This document shows, one piece after another, positions 53,591 through 64,000 of a DNA stretch of 64,000 bases. How positions within the stretch are numbered: position 1 is the first letter of the stretch; each line of letters begins with the position of its first letter. The translations under genes and the position numbers were made by a program. Origin of the DNA: Sphyrna mokarran (lineage: Eukaryota); the NCBI GenBank assembly GCA_024679065.1, contig JAGIQG010000005.1, positions 107,136,001 to 107,200,000 on the forward strand, given 5' to 3'. The notes under the pieces are model-generated. The model ran no database searches. It was not told the origin of the DNA and was given only the letters and a program-made list of their open reading frames with translations.

Positions 53591-54499
53591 TGTTGTTGTG
53601 TGCACGATCAGACATGTATCCTCACAGGAGAGTGAATTCCTTCATAGTAATCTTAGTTAATGAAGGAAATAAGATACCAGAAAGATCACATGTGTGATAG
53701 TGTAGAATATGGATTCTCATATAATTCAGGATAGATATGGCAGATATGATTGCAATCTGAACCCTGAACTGAGGTAGGATGTAGACACTTCAGAGCATGT
53801 GCAAAGCTGAGTAACTGCAGTGATCTCTGAGTTAATTCCAAAATAGAAAATCTTGAACTATTGTTCCATCGAATAGAGAAAATAGAGCTGGTATGGTGCA
53901 AATATTTGATGTAAGGAGACAGAGAATTGATAATGAATTATTCATTGGCCATAATATGTAGAAACTAATCGAGTTGTCCTTGTGGAGTTCTGCAAAAGAT
54001 TAGAATAAACACCACAGCAGTTATGTGCATTAATCACCCTTGTGAATATGCAATATATCTTTAATTCATGCAATTATGTCCCTGCAATACAATTCCAGCA
54101 CATTCATGACAACATGCTTTCAAAGCCAGACAATTTATTCTGGCAGTATGCATTTTTAATAAATACACTACCAACAGATCATTCCTGACACACTTTCATG
54201 TTGCAGGAAGGGAGAATGTGGGTTCAAGTGATGGAGCAATGATGCAACTGGCCACAGAGAGGATATAGAAAGAGGCTTATAAGAAAAATGCACTGAAGCT
54301 GTTAAAATGTCCAAGACGTGCTCACATTGATTACTGGAAAATAAAGAAACATTTCATTAGTTTCCTCACTCAATGCCGTTATCAACCTAAATAGATGCTG
54401 TGCATCTGAATTAGAATTATTGCTGCCCTATATTTGGGTAAATACCAGTGTAATCTGGAGAACATCGAAAGCAAAAAGATTGCCATTAATGCCATTTAT

Positions 54500-54603
54500 G
54501 ATCTCATGGATATCCAAAGCTATTTATAGCCAAGGAAACAATTACAACATATACTCAATGTAGAAAATGTGACAGCAAAATTGCACAGAGCAAGGCTGTA
54601 CAA
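54500..54603 (-). mobile_element. Deu-type SINE, left half (right half 55888-56010)
   Basis: TCCAAAGCTATTTATAGCCAA..AATGTAGAAAATGTGACAGCAAAATTGCACAGAGCAAG..ACAA continues after the insert as ATAGCAA..TTGGCTGAGAGAT..ATTGGCCAG..GGGGACAACT..CTTCTTCAAAT..CACTTGAGAGG, matching a recalled shark SINE consensus in reverse. Confidence 0.6.
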
Positions 54604-55887
54604 GTTGTCATAAGGCTCATAAGGGCAGGAGTAACTATGACTCTCTTATTCTTCGGTGGGTGAATGGGAGAGTCATGGTTACAATAGCTGTGCGAATCTT
54701 GTCGCTTCTGTAGCACAATGAGCTGCGCCTCCTTGACAGTCCCGCCGGGCAACATTGCTGCTACTCCACCGCGGTGATGACTAAAGCAGCTGTCCAAGGA
54801 GCGATGCAGATGTTGTTGTATGTCTGGCTGTCCGCAGTCAGACTGCAATTACAAACAAGTGCTTGGGATTGGCTAGTATCCATTCGTGCATAAAGGCTCG
54901 TTTGTTAGCTGATCCCAGTAACTGTGCGATTCTTCTGGTTTCTAGCACACAGTGAGTCAATCCCTTCCGCGGGAGCCACCTGGTATCGTCTCCGTGGGCA
55001 CAGGAGATGGTATTCCATGACTGACCGAGAAGCTAATAGCAGGGGCGACTCATGCTAAGACCACGACCACTACCACCAGACTGCCAGCCAGGAGTGGTAT
55101 CATTGGAATGGTCTCTGGTATGTTTCGCATAGCTGTGGTATTCTTGGCGTTCTAGACCACGGTGAGTCAATCCTGACAGAGGTCCCGCAGGGTATTCAGG
55201 CCTTCAAGCTGGCAGGTGAATGGTCCTGAAGGGAATTTGACTGGCCGAGAACAGCCAGCATGCTTCTATACCTATAAACCCGGTTAATTGTGAAAGAAAA
55301 AAATTTTTGTCTTGACAGGTTTCGGCTTGACCCGGGGATAGTTGGTGATTTGCTGACGGATGCGGTCACGCCTATCTAGGGAGTAGAAAGCACCTCTGCG
55401 ACCTCCTGCCCACACGATCGGCACAGAGGAAAAGACACATAGATCTGAACTTGGTGTGACGCAGAGAAGGGATGCCCAGGGGCTGGGCGTGGTTGACAGC
55501 GATGGGCGCAGCTCCCGGCGTTGTGCGAGCGATTCTCATGCCACGGTCGCGTTTTCAGCAATGTAGTTTGTTCATTGCGCGGGCGTGTCTCCTAATAAAT
55601 AAAGGCTCATTTTTGCCTCAAATGATGATTTATGGGTAAACGGCTCGAGGCTGACGAGCAAAAACTAACCTGCACGTCAGGTGCTCCCAAAGGTGTGATT
55701 CAATCTGCTTGTCTGCAATTATGGTAGTTGTTGCCGCATCTTTCTGATCATTTCCCCGTTTCCACCTATGCCCTACGGCTGTGTAACATCAGGTGGATGT
55801 CACTCTGATTCCATTCAGAAGTGCACAATGCACGTCAACGAGCGACAATAAAAGTCAGATAAGACACCCTCACGAGTGTCTCTTAAA
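54604..55887 (+). ncRNA. Putative array of structured ncRNA units (~210-235 nt period), foreign composition
   Basis: Three clear repeats at 54685, 54919 and 55130 plus degenerate ones at ~55339 and ~55564; conserved predicted fold with compensatory changes; stem mismatches largely G-U on + strand; CpG-rich; no credible ORF. Confidence 0.6.
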
Positions 55888-56165
55888 ATAGCAAGGTTGG
55901 CTGAGAGATGCACATTGGCCAGATTACTGGGGACAACTACTGTCTGCTTCTTCAAATCGTGAGAAGAAAATTTGTCTACACACTTGAGAGGCTAGGCCGG
56001 GGTTTGGATGGAATCCTCATTTTCATGTCTCTTTAACTTCATTGGTGTCATGGCCCAATTGCATTCAGCCATAATTGGTTGCAAATCAGTAGAATGCTGC
56101 AAAGATGGCAGAAATGTTGGCATCAGGAGCCAAATGACTGCTCAATGTGAGCATGGACTCATCTG

Positions 56166-56594
56166 GAGGGGCATACACGTGATGGGTCGTGAGAGGACTG
56201 CTCTTGGACCTTTTTCGAGAGTATTCTACTGCTTCACATCGTTAGTGTATGCTTGACCTGGACCATCTGATGGGCAACACGACAGCGCAGTGACTACAGC
56301 TGTGCTGTGCAGATACATGGATTTGGGCCTGTGTCTGTGGGAGTTTGCGCATTCTCCCCGTGCTTGCGTGGGTTTTCTCCAGGAGCTCTGGTTTCCTCTC
56401 ACATCCCAAAGATGCGCTCTTAGGCTAATTGGCAAAACAAATTCTCACTAAATTGTCTCAAATTTGGTTTTTAATACATAGATCTATAAACATGGACAGG
56501 GATCGCGTGTAGAAGTGGGAACATCGAGGTGGCGGTGCAGGCTCATTGGGCCGAAGGGCCTGTTTCCCGTGCTGTTTTGTTCTTTGTTCTTTGT
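56166..56594 (+). mobile_element. 3' UTR-only copy of the CR1 subfamily with V-SINE core
   Basis: Closely similar to 61100-61525 and 32325-32712; TTCTTTG tail. Confidence 0.8.
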
Positions 56595-59339
56595 ATCCAA
56601 GAAAGCACATCATCTCGATAATCTGCAACACCAACCCATTCATGCTTGAGATGGACTCCTTCATTATCTGCAATCTTGGTGAATCTGTAAGGTTGCTGGG
56701 TAGGATTGAAAGACGTGTCAATGCTTCACCCATTCCTAGCTGCTGCTGTCCTGCTTAAATTGCCTTCAAAGTACATCATCTGTGTCCATTTGAGTAGAGT
56801 TTGGAGAAGTCAGCACCCTCTGAAGCATATTTTCCACTGATGTCCCTGACTCCAACATCTTCTCTTACTCATCTACTGAGTGCAAATCATGAGACAAAAA
56901 CTCAACTTTCTATCTGTGTGGTCTGACTGAAAGATGAGTCTCTGAACCAATGCATGGAGTATATCAATCTGTGACAGTAGAGTCTCCAAAGAACTCAGCT
57001 TCACTGAGGAAGCATCATCTGTGACTTCCAGATCTCCTTCTGTATGTGTGAAGGCTCTGTCAGACATAAGATATGGACAAGTCTTGAAATAATAAGAGTT
57101 ACAAGTTGTCATTCTGAAGATGATTGTGGTTCACTTATTGTTGAAATTAAGATGAAAAAAAAACAGGGCTATGATTTTACTAAAAAATCATTCATGGGCA
57201 TTGCTGGCTGTCCAGCATTTATTGCCCATCCCCAGCTGCCCAAGGACAGTTGAGAATCAACCATATTGCTGTGACTCTGAGTCACATGAGTGACAGCAAT
57301 GGCATGCATTCAACAAATGGATGGAGTTCATTTTGTGGTGATTAATCAGGCCATGCTTTCAATCCCAGCACAGCCCTCTGTTAATATAGAAACCAATACC
57401 TCTTGGCAAAACCTTTCAGGGATTTGAGGATCTGGTTTGCCATTTAAGTGCTTTGATGGACATTGTACAGGTGAGATTTTAATTAACACAACATACTGGT
57501 GTTCGAAACCAGTATGCAGCAAAATTGTGATTTGGTTTTCTCTTTAATATTAGATTTTACTATGCCAGCAATGAAAACACTTAATTTTTGGGCTAAATGT
57601 ATATTTTTTTCAATCCAAGATGAGTAATTTCAGATTAGCCATTCCATGATTTTTCCTGGTACCAATGTAGTTCTAGATTATGACAAGGATTTTATTGCCC
57701 CTGCTGCCCAGTGGGATATTACAGAATTGCTGAAGTAAAGACCAATTTAAATGACCCAGAGCATATGTGGGTGGGGATGTGCAAACAGTGACAAGGTTGT
57801 AATATTCTGCCCTGTATGATCCAAATGGTGAGATGCAATTGGGCCATGTCTCTTTCTCTCTATCTGTCCTTTCTATTACTTGCTTTCAACTAAAAGGCTG
57901 CAAACTTTTATTGAAAAATTTGGTTACAAGATTTGAATCATAAAGATCAGGTGTATATCTGTCTCTATAATCCACGTGGTCATGTAGTGCTCACAGGTTA
58001 TATAGTATGATATTGCTTCAATGATTTACTTTTTGTAAGCATCTATTCACTAATTAATCCTTAATATATTAGCTAGGTAAATCTTCTCATTGAACTGTTT
58101 TTCACCCTTTTTCTGTTCCAATGAAAGCAATTCATTACAAATAGTGACACTGCAACTGGCTATTCAGGAATCTCAAGGGGCCAATGTCAAATTGACTGTT
58201 CATTCCATTGCATGAAGATTATGTACTTCCTGAGGGAATTATAGATCTTGACCTCCAACTATAATACAGCCTGCAGGCGTCCCAAAGATCAATTTATTAT
58301 TTGCTTTAGAATTTACTTTCACAATCTTTTATTTGTGTTCCAGCCAAGCTGTGAAATATAAGTTGTCGCCAGCTGTGAAAGATCTGGCACTCAATTAAGT
58401 CAATCACTTTGCCATTGATGGATCAATATAAGCAATATTTTTTACATTATCTTTCAGGGATAATGAGGGTGGGGGATGGGGGTATATGGTGGAGGTGAAT
58501 GAAATTGCGCTGCTTGAACTTACTCCTGATAGGAAATACATCTGACTCCATTGTGATAAAAGAGTTGGTGCCCTTATCTTTAACATTCACTGGCAGCACA
58601 TAGAGCATGATTCCAATCAACATGCAACAGGCTTGATATTGGCTCTGCCATTTTGGAGCTCCTTGCTCCAATCTATATTCTTGCCTTAACCAACTAAAGC
58701 AGAAGAAACATTCAACAGCAGATAGGACTCCATTACCAGCACTACTTAAAGCCTGCACTTTCCATCCGTGAGAATGGCAGCGCAGGTTCAAGAGCCAGTA
58801 TAACCCAAAATTGTTGGCAAGGTTGTGATTTCTGATTTTGGCAACCCCTTATTGGAGATGTGATCAGGTTCACATCCAGAATGGGTGAAAAGATGATTTT
58901 CACTCATTTCAATAGATTTGAATTTAACTAAAGAACCCCCCTCCCCACCCCTTCCCTCCCTCACCAGGTCATCCAGTATTTTCAACTTCACCAATGTAAA
59001 GTTTTTAAAGAGTGCTCCAATCTAAGTGGAGCCAGTTCCCGAGTCTAAGAGACCCCACTTCACGTGACTGATGGTGTAAACTCAGCCCATTCTCTTTTTT
59101 GGCAGTTAAAGGAATGAGATCTGAAGAGAAAGCTTGGCCAGTGGAGCTAAAGAATCCACACCAGTTCTCTCACCAAAACCGATACTCTGCCAAATTCTTG
59201 AAAGATCCTGCCCTATTGAACACTCAGACAATAGTATACAGCGAGTATTTTGACTGATGTAGAAGTTTGTTTTTGTTGACTTAAAAGCTTGTACACAAAG
59301 CAATTGAGGAGAACATGTTAATTGTGCGCCAATTTACAA

Positions 59340-59600
59340 CTTCTGGAAGTTTTCCACCACTGAGGTTAAACTGACTGGCCTATAATTGCTGTGTTTACCT
59401 TTACATTACTGCTTAAGTAAAGGTAAAACATTTTCAGTTCTCTAGTCCTTTGGTAGTGACCTTGTATCTAAGGAGATTGGAAAATTATGGCCATTATCTT
59501 TGTAATTTCTACTCTTATTTCCCTCAGTTTTCTCAAATGCATTGCAACCAGTGATTTACCAATTTTAAGTAACACCAGATTTTTAATATTTCCTCTTTGT
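59340..59600 (-). mobile_element. CR1 RT fragment
   Basis: GTTAAACTGACTGGCCTATAATT = NYRPVSLT on the minus strand. Confidence 0.65.
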
Positions 59601-59659
59601 CAAGTTTTAGTCCAGTAACTCAATTAACTCCTACTTTAGTACAACGTTGGCAGTATTAG

Positions 59660-60055
59660 AATATTCATTCTTGAGGTGTAGGCATTGCTGGCGAAGTTGA
59701 ACCTTAATTGTCCTTATGGAGGCGGTGGTGAGTTGCTTTCTTCAACTGCTGTAGTCTATTTCACGCAAGTACACCCATAGTACTGTTTTTGGAAGTTCCA
59801 CAATTTTGGTTCAGCAACAGTGAAGGAATGACGATATACCTCCAAGTTGGGATGGTGAGTGGCTTGCAGGGGAACTTTCAACTGTTGGTGTTCCCATGTT
59901 TCTGCTGCCCTTCTCCTGGTAGTGGTTGTGAATTTGGAAGATGCTGTCTAAGATGTCTTGCTAAGTTCTTGGAGCTCACTTTGCAGATGGTACATACTGC
60001 TGCTACTGTGCTTCGGTGGTGGAGGGAGTGAGTGTCTGAGGATCGGCTGCCAATG
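59660..60055 (-). mobile_element. Second LINE family 3' fragment
   Basis: SLHHRSTVAAVCTICK..LRQHLPN; similar to 25090-25400. Confidence 0.75.
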
Positions 60056-60289
60056 AATACCATGCATCTATCTTTGTAATTTCTTCATTTCATCATGTCT
60101 TCTGCCTCCGTGCATAGATTTCATTTTTGATCCATAATGGGTAAGGCCACCCCTCTTATTATCCCTTTTTTCTATTTATGTGCATATGAATGATTCTTGA
60201 ATACCCTTTTATTTCAGCTGTCATTCTTTTCTCATACTCTGTTTGCCTCTCTTATTTAAATTCTTCATTTCCCCTCTGAATTTTCTATA

Positions 60290-60440
60290 TTCAGCCTGGG
60301 AAAATCATGCTATAATGCTTTTCACATTGGAGAAGCCTGCTAATAATAATTTCTCAGGCTAACATTTGGAGAATGGCCACTTGCAGAATATACTCCAGAG
60401 ATGCTGCTACCTGTGGAATCCCAGGGATTGAGAAAGAGAG
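60290..60440 (+). mobile_element. Degenerate LF-SINE fragment
   Basis: AGCCTGC..AGGCTAACATTTGGAGAATGGCCACTTG..CCTGTGGAA. Confidence 0.5.
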
Positions 60441-60914
60441 ATTTTTCTAATGTTGATATTGTTGAAAAGATCAGTTTGTATGTTTCTTAAAAAATGATGC
60501 AACATGGAGGGGCAATCCAGAAGTTCTATGAGTGGGAGTTCCTATCTGGTGGAGTTCCTACGTTTTATTCAGAGTGTCAGCACATTGTTGCTGAAGTTAT
60601 ACTGAGTGACTAGGAGAGTTAAATGTCTATAAGCTGCTGGAGCTTTCTGGAGTAGCTATGCACTGGGAATGATGCACAAGGGAACAGAGGATGTGTAAGG
60701 GCTGAAGGAAAATTGTAGAATTGCTTTACATGAAAATAGGAGTCCATACAGACTGCTTCTGTAACCTTTACAGGCAGACCAAAAAAACTTATGTGAAGTC
60801 AGGCCTAACAACAGTTTGAAAATATTTTATTCGGCATTTAGCAAGTCATTAACAATTGTTTCAAAGTTCCATCAGAATTCAATTTCTTTCAGAACAAGAT
60901 AAAAGTTCTCCACA

Positions 60915-61525
60915 CTCTGGGGTTATTTAAGAGATACTTAGATGGGCACATGAACAGAATGGGAATGGAGGAGTATAGAAAATTGATTTAAAATAGGGAT
61001 CATGAGCCTTGGGAGTCCCTGGGAAGTGTGTAAATAGATGATGATATTGATGTACTTGTTTTTATCCTACAGGTGCTTTGGTCCGCCTTGTTGTCTAACA
61101 AGGGGCATACACACGATGGGTCATGAGACGTTGCTCTTGGATTTTTCGAGAGTATCCTAGTGCTTCACGTTGTTACTGTACGCTTTACCTGGACTATTTG
61201 ATGGGCAACACGACAGCTCAGTGACTATCGCTGTGCTTTGCAGATACATGGATTTGGGTCTGTGTCTGTGGGAGTTTGCACGTTCTCCCCGTGCTTGCGT
61301 GAGTTTTCTCCGGGTGCTCCTGTTTTCTCCCACATCCCAAAGATGTGCTCTTAGGCTAATTGGCAAAACAAATTCTCACTAAATTGCCTTAAATTTGTTT
61401 TTTAATCCATAGATCTATAAACATAGGCAGGGATCATGGGTAGAGTTGGGAACATCGGGGTGGCGGCTCGGGCTCGTTGGGCCGAAGGGCCTGTTTCCCG
61501 TGCTGTTTTGTTCTTTGTTCTTTGT
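60915..61525 (+). mobile_element. CR1 3' end with long UTR and V-SINE core
   Basis: ORF2 end LGLFKRYLDGHMNRMGMEEYRKLI*, then UTR as in 32160-32712. Confidence 0.8.
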
Positions 61526-62089
61526 ATATTATTCCCAATAACTTCATTTAATATTTACTAGCCTGTTTCCTGCTCCCAATCTATGGGTTTGAAATGGATG
61601 TCCTTCCCAGATCTTGTGTTCTTTCCATAGCTAATGGATTGATTCCAAGAATGATCAATAATGCCTTACTCTCCTGCTTCCTCCTGTTGCCGCCTTCTTT
61701 GTGTGAGTTATGCTACGCATTCTGCCTAAAATTTTAAAAGCAAATTATAGGGGATGATGGAATCTGAAACAGAAACAAGAAAACGGCAGAAAACCTCAGC
61801 AAACCTGACAGCATTTGTGAGAGAGAACGGAGCCAAAGTTTCAAATCTGGATCACTCTGATGAGTCATGGTTTTGAGTCCGATGGTAGTTTGCTTTTAAT
61901 ATGGTTCCTTTCACGTCAAAAGGACCCTGATTATCATTTTTGGAAAATACTGAGTGGAGAGTGCATGATGTTCTTTCTGCACAGCTTCAACTAACTATCC
62001 AGCAGAAATACAGCAGAAGGAGCTGTTTTGAGGCTGAAAGGAAACAGCAGTGTTACTCTTAGCGATCCAATAAGATCATATCCCAAGTG

Positions 62090-62330
62090 TGCTGTGACCA
62101 CACCTATTATCACTTTCCCTATTGTTGATAACAGGCTAAATCAGCCTATTGTTCCTGATTTCTCTTTCTCTTCTTTCATGAATAATATTTATTACCTACC
62201 AACTCACAGGGACCATTCAAGAATTTAGGAAATATTGGAAGTTCACTTCTTTTAAAGCTGATGTGGTCCATTAGGTCCAGGGAATTTGTTAAGGTTTTGA
62301 GTTCCAAAGATCTCTCCAATAATACTTTGT
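62090..62330 (-). mobile_element. Degenerate CR1 RT fragment
   Basis: ACTTTCCCTATTGTTGATAACAGGCTAA..GTTCCTG (PGxxxxISLxSxIGK). Confidence 0.5.
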
Positions 62331-63858
62331 ACTAATGCTTGCTTGTCTAAGTTCCTTAATTTCAACCCATATATGGTGCTGCTTTTAATGACTTCACAGA
62401 ATTAAGAGAGGGACATCATACAAAACATTTCCTAACTCTTGCTGTGCACAAAGATTTTTGCAGTGCATTCAAGTGTCTGACAGAAACTGCCATTTCACAA
62501 AATAGCAATTTTCACGTCTGTTTTAATGGCTTCAGCCAAGATCCAATCTGATGCATTGAGTTCAGCCATTTGAGGAGGGTTTCCCTGCAATTTGTAGAAT
62601 TTGCTAAAATCAAAATTCACCACTCCTAACCTCAAAATAAGCTTGAGGTTACAAATGCAGGCAAAAGGAAGATGTGTCTTCTTTCCTCGCATTAGATTCA
62701 TCCTCCGGATGGTCGCTGTGCAACTTTATCTCATCAATATTAGCAAAAAGTGAATAAGCATTTCTTTACAGCCTTATTAAGGTCATTACTATAAATATCA
62801 GTGCATATAAAGCCTGAAGTGACTGTTATTACATTTGTAAATGTTATCACTAACATAATGAGAAGGAAAAAAAAAATTAAAGTTAAATGACAAAAAAAAG
62901 ACATTTTTCCTTTACGGCGAAATGACTATTTAACCAGCGTCAATGTTGTCTTTGTAATATCCTCTTGGTTAGACCAATTCAAAACTGCAAGGAGTTGGTA
63001 AATTAGGTTTTCAACTGAGATGTGGCTGAATATTGTGGATATTGTTTGCACTCCCTTCCCCAACACCCCCATTGAGGGGTTGGAGGGATGTGTCAGGTCG
63101 GGTTTCGATGGTCAGAGATGAGTGGAGGTACCATCTTGGGGAGATATCCTGATTTGGAATAGCACTCCTCAAAGAGGCAACCCATCCACTTTTTCAGCAA
63201 TTGATATTAAAGGGCCTGTTCACTTGCCTATGCTTTTACCAACCATAATATGGCAGTGGAGACAGAACAATCAACCTCCAGAATGGCAGGCAGGCTCTGT
63301 GCACCTCACCAACTCACTGTAGTATGGGAATCAGAGCTGTGTGGGTGAGGAAGGCAACGGGTGAGCCATCCACCAAAACTACATGCCACTCTCCTAAAAC
63401 ATGCATAGTAGGGGGCAGCAAAATCTAGTTTGTGACTTTTTTTTCCAGTTTGTGATTCCCTGGGAGGATAGGTATCAACTTATTTGGAAAAGCAAGAGTA
63501 TGCTGATTTTAATCATGGTCGCATATGAAAATGGTGTTTGGGGCTTAGTTTGCCATAAAGCAAGTGAACAACTGTTCCACCTGAGATGATTGCTGAGGGA
63601 AATGCCTGGAGAAAGTTACTTGGGTAGTGAGGGCAATGGAAGACCAAATGTGGATGTAATTTTCTGGAAAACACATTGTCTTGGGGTTATATTTTTAATA
63701 GTAGAGATGTTAATATATGTCTGTTAATTCTAGTAAAATGGAAAGCTCTGCTGTTACCTTTTCTGGCTACATTTATTCTTTTTTAAGCGAATATGGGGGC
63801 CGGTAAGCATGTTTGACTTGAAGGTTAACATAAGGTTCAGAATACACCAACAGTTATT

Positions 63859-64000
63859 GGACGGCACGGTAGCACAGTGGTTAGCACTGCTGCTTCACAG
63901 CTCCAGAGACCTGGGCTCGATTCTCGGCTCGGGTCACCGTCTGTGTTGATTTTGCACATTCTCGTCGTGTTTGCATGGGTTTCCTCCGGGTACTCTGGTT
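63859..64000 (+). mobile_element. V-SINE (HE1-like), runs off the window end
   Basis: GGACGGCACGGTAGCACAGTGGTTAGCACTGCTGCTTCACAGC..V core. Confidence 0.85.

Noticed and set aside
54953-55169. TGAGTCA AP-1 sites as an enhancer explanation
   Set aside because: Present in only two units; unit A has TGAGCTG with a compensatory partner, so RNA pairing explains the motif better.
54685-55172. CRISPR array interpretation of the repeats
   Set aside because: Repeats are only partly identical, the intervals are ~170-190 nt and structured, and no cas genes are present.
54690-55530. Group II intron (several GUGCG) or hairpin ribozyme (UGACAGUCC, ACCUGGUA)
   Set aside because: No domain V helix with an AGC/CGC triad and no AGAAACA loop B; the matches are short and not in the required arrangement.
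54555-55561. Short ORFs 54555-54848 and 55376-55561 (-)
   Set aside because: No recognisable domain; one crosses the insert boundary; length is consistent with chance in GC-rich DNA.
58404-58994. Overlapping minus-strand ORFs as exons of a downstream gene
   Set aside because: No recognisable protein similarity or convincing splice structure.

Overview
Vertebrate genomic DNA, almost certainly a cartilaginous fish (shark-type HE1/V-SINEs, CR1 LINEs, LF-SINE, Deu-type SINEs, Penelope elements; organism is inferred). The only host gene I can support is the 3' end of CSMD1 on the + strand: a transmembrane exon at 1133-1271, a terminal coding exon at 3898-4057 and a long 3' UTR probably ending near 9.19 kb. 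The remaining ~55 kb is a gene-free, transposon-rich region with three assembly gaps. The stand-out feature is a ~1.28-kb CpG-rich, non-coding, compositionally foreign block (about 54604-55887) that splits an old Deu-type SINE without a target-site duplication. It contains a regularly spaced array (period ~210-235 nt) of units that share two short sequence motifs and a predicted RNA fold with compensatory changes (long hairpin, motif hairpin, three-way junction), while the rest of each unit differs in sequence. It looks like an undescribed structured-ncRNA array of possibly non-vertebrate origin, and no partner protein gene is present in the window. Repeat boundaries are by eye and approximate; all folds are hand-derived.
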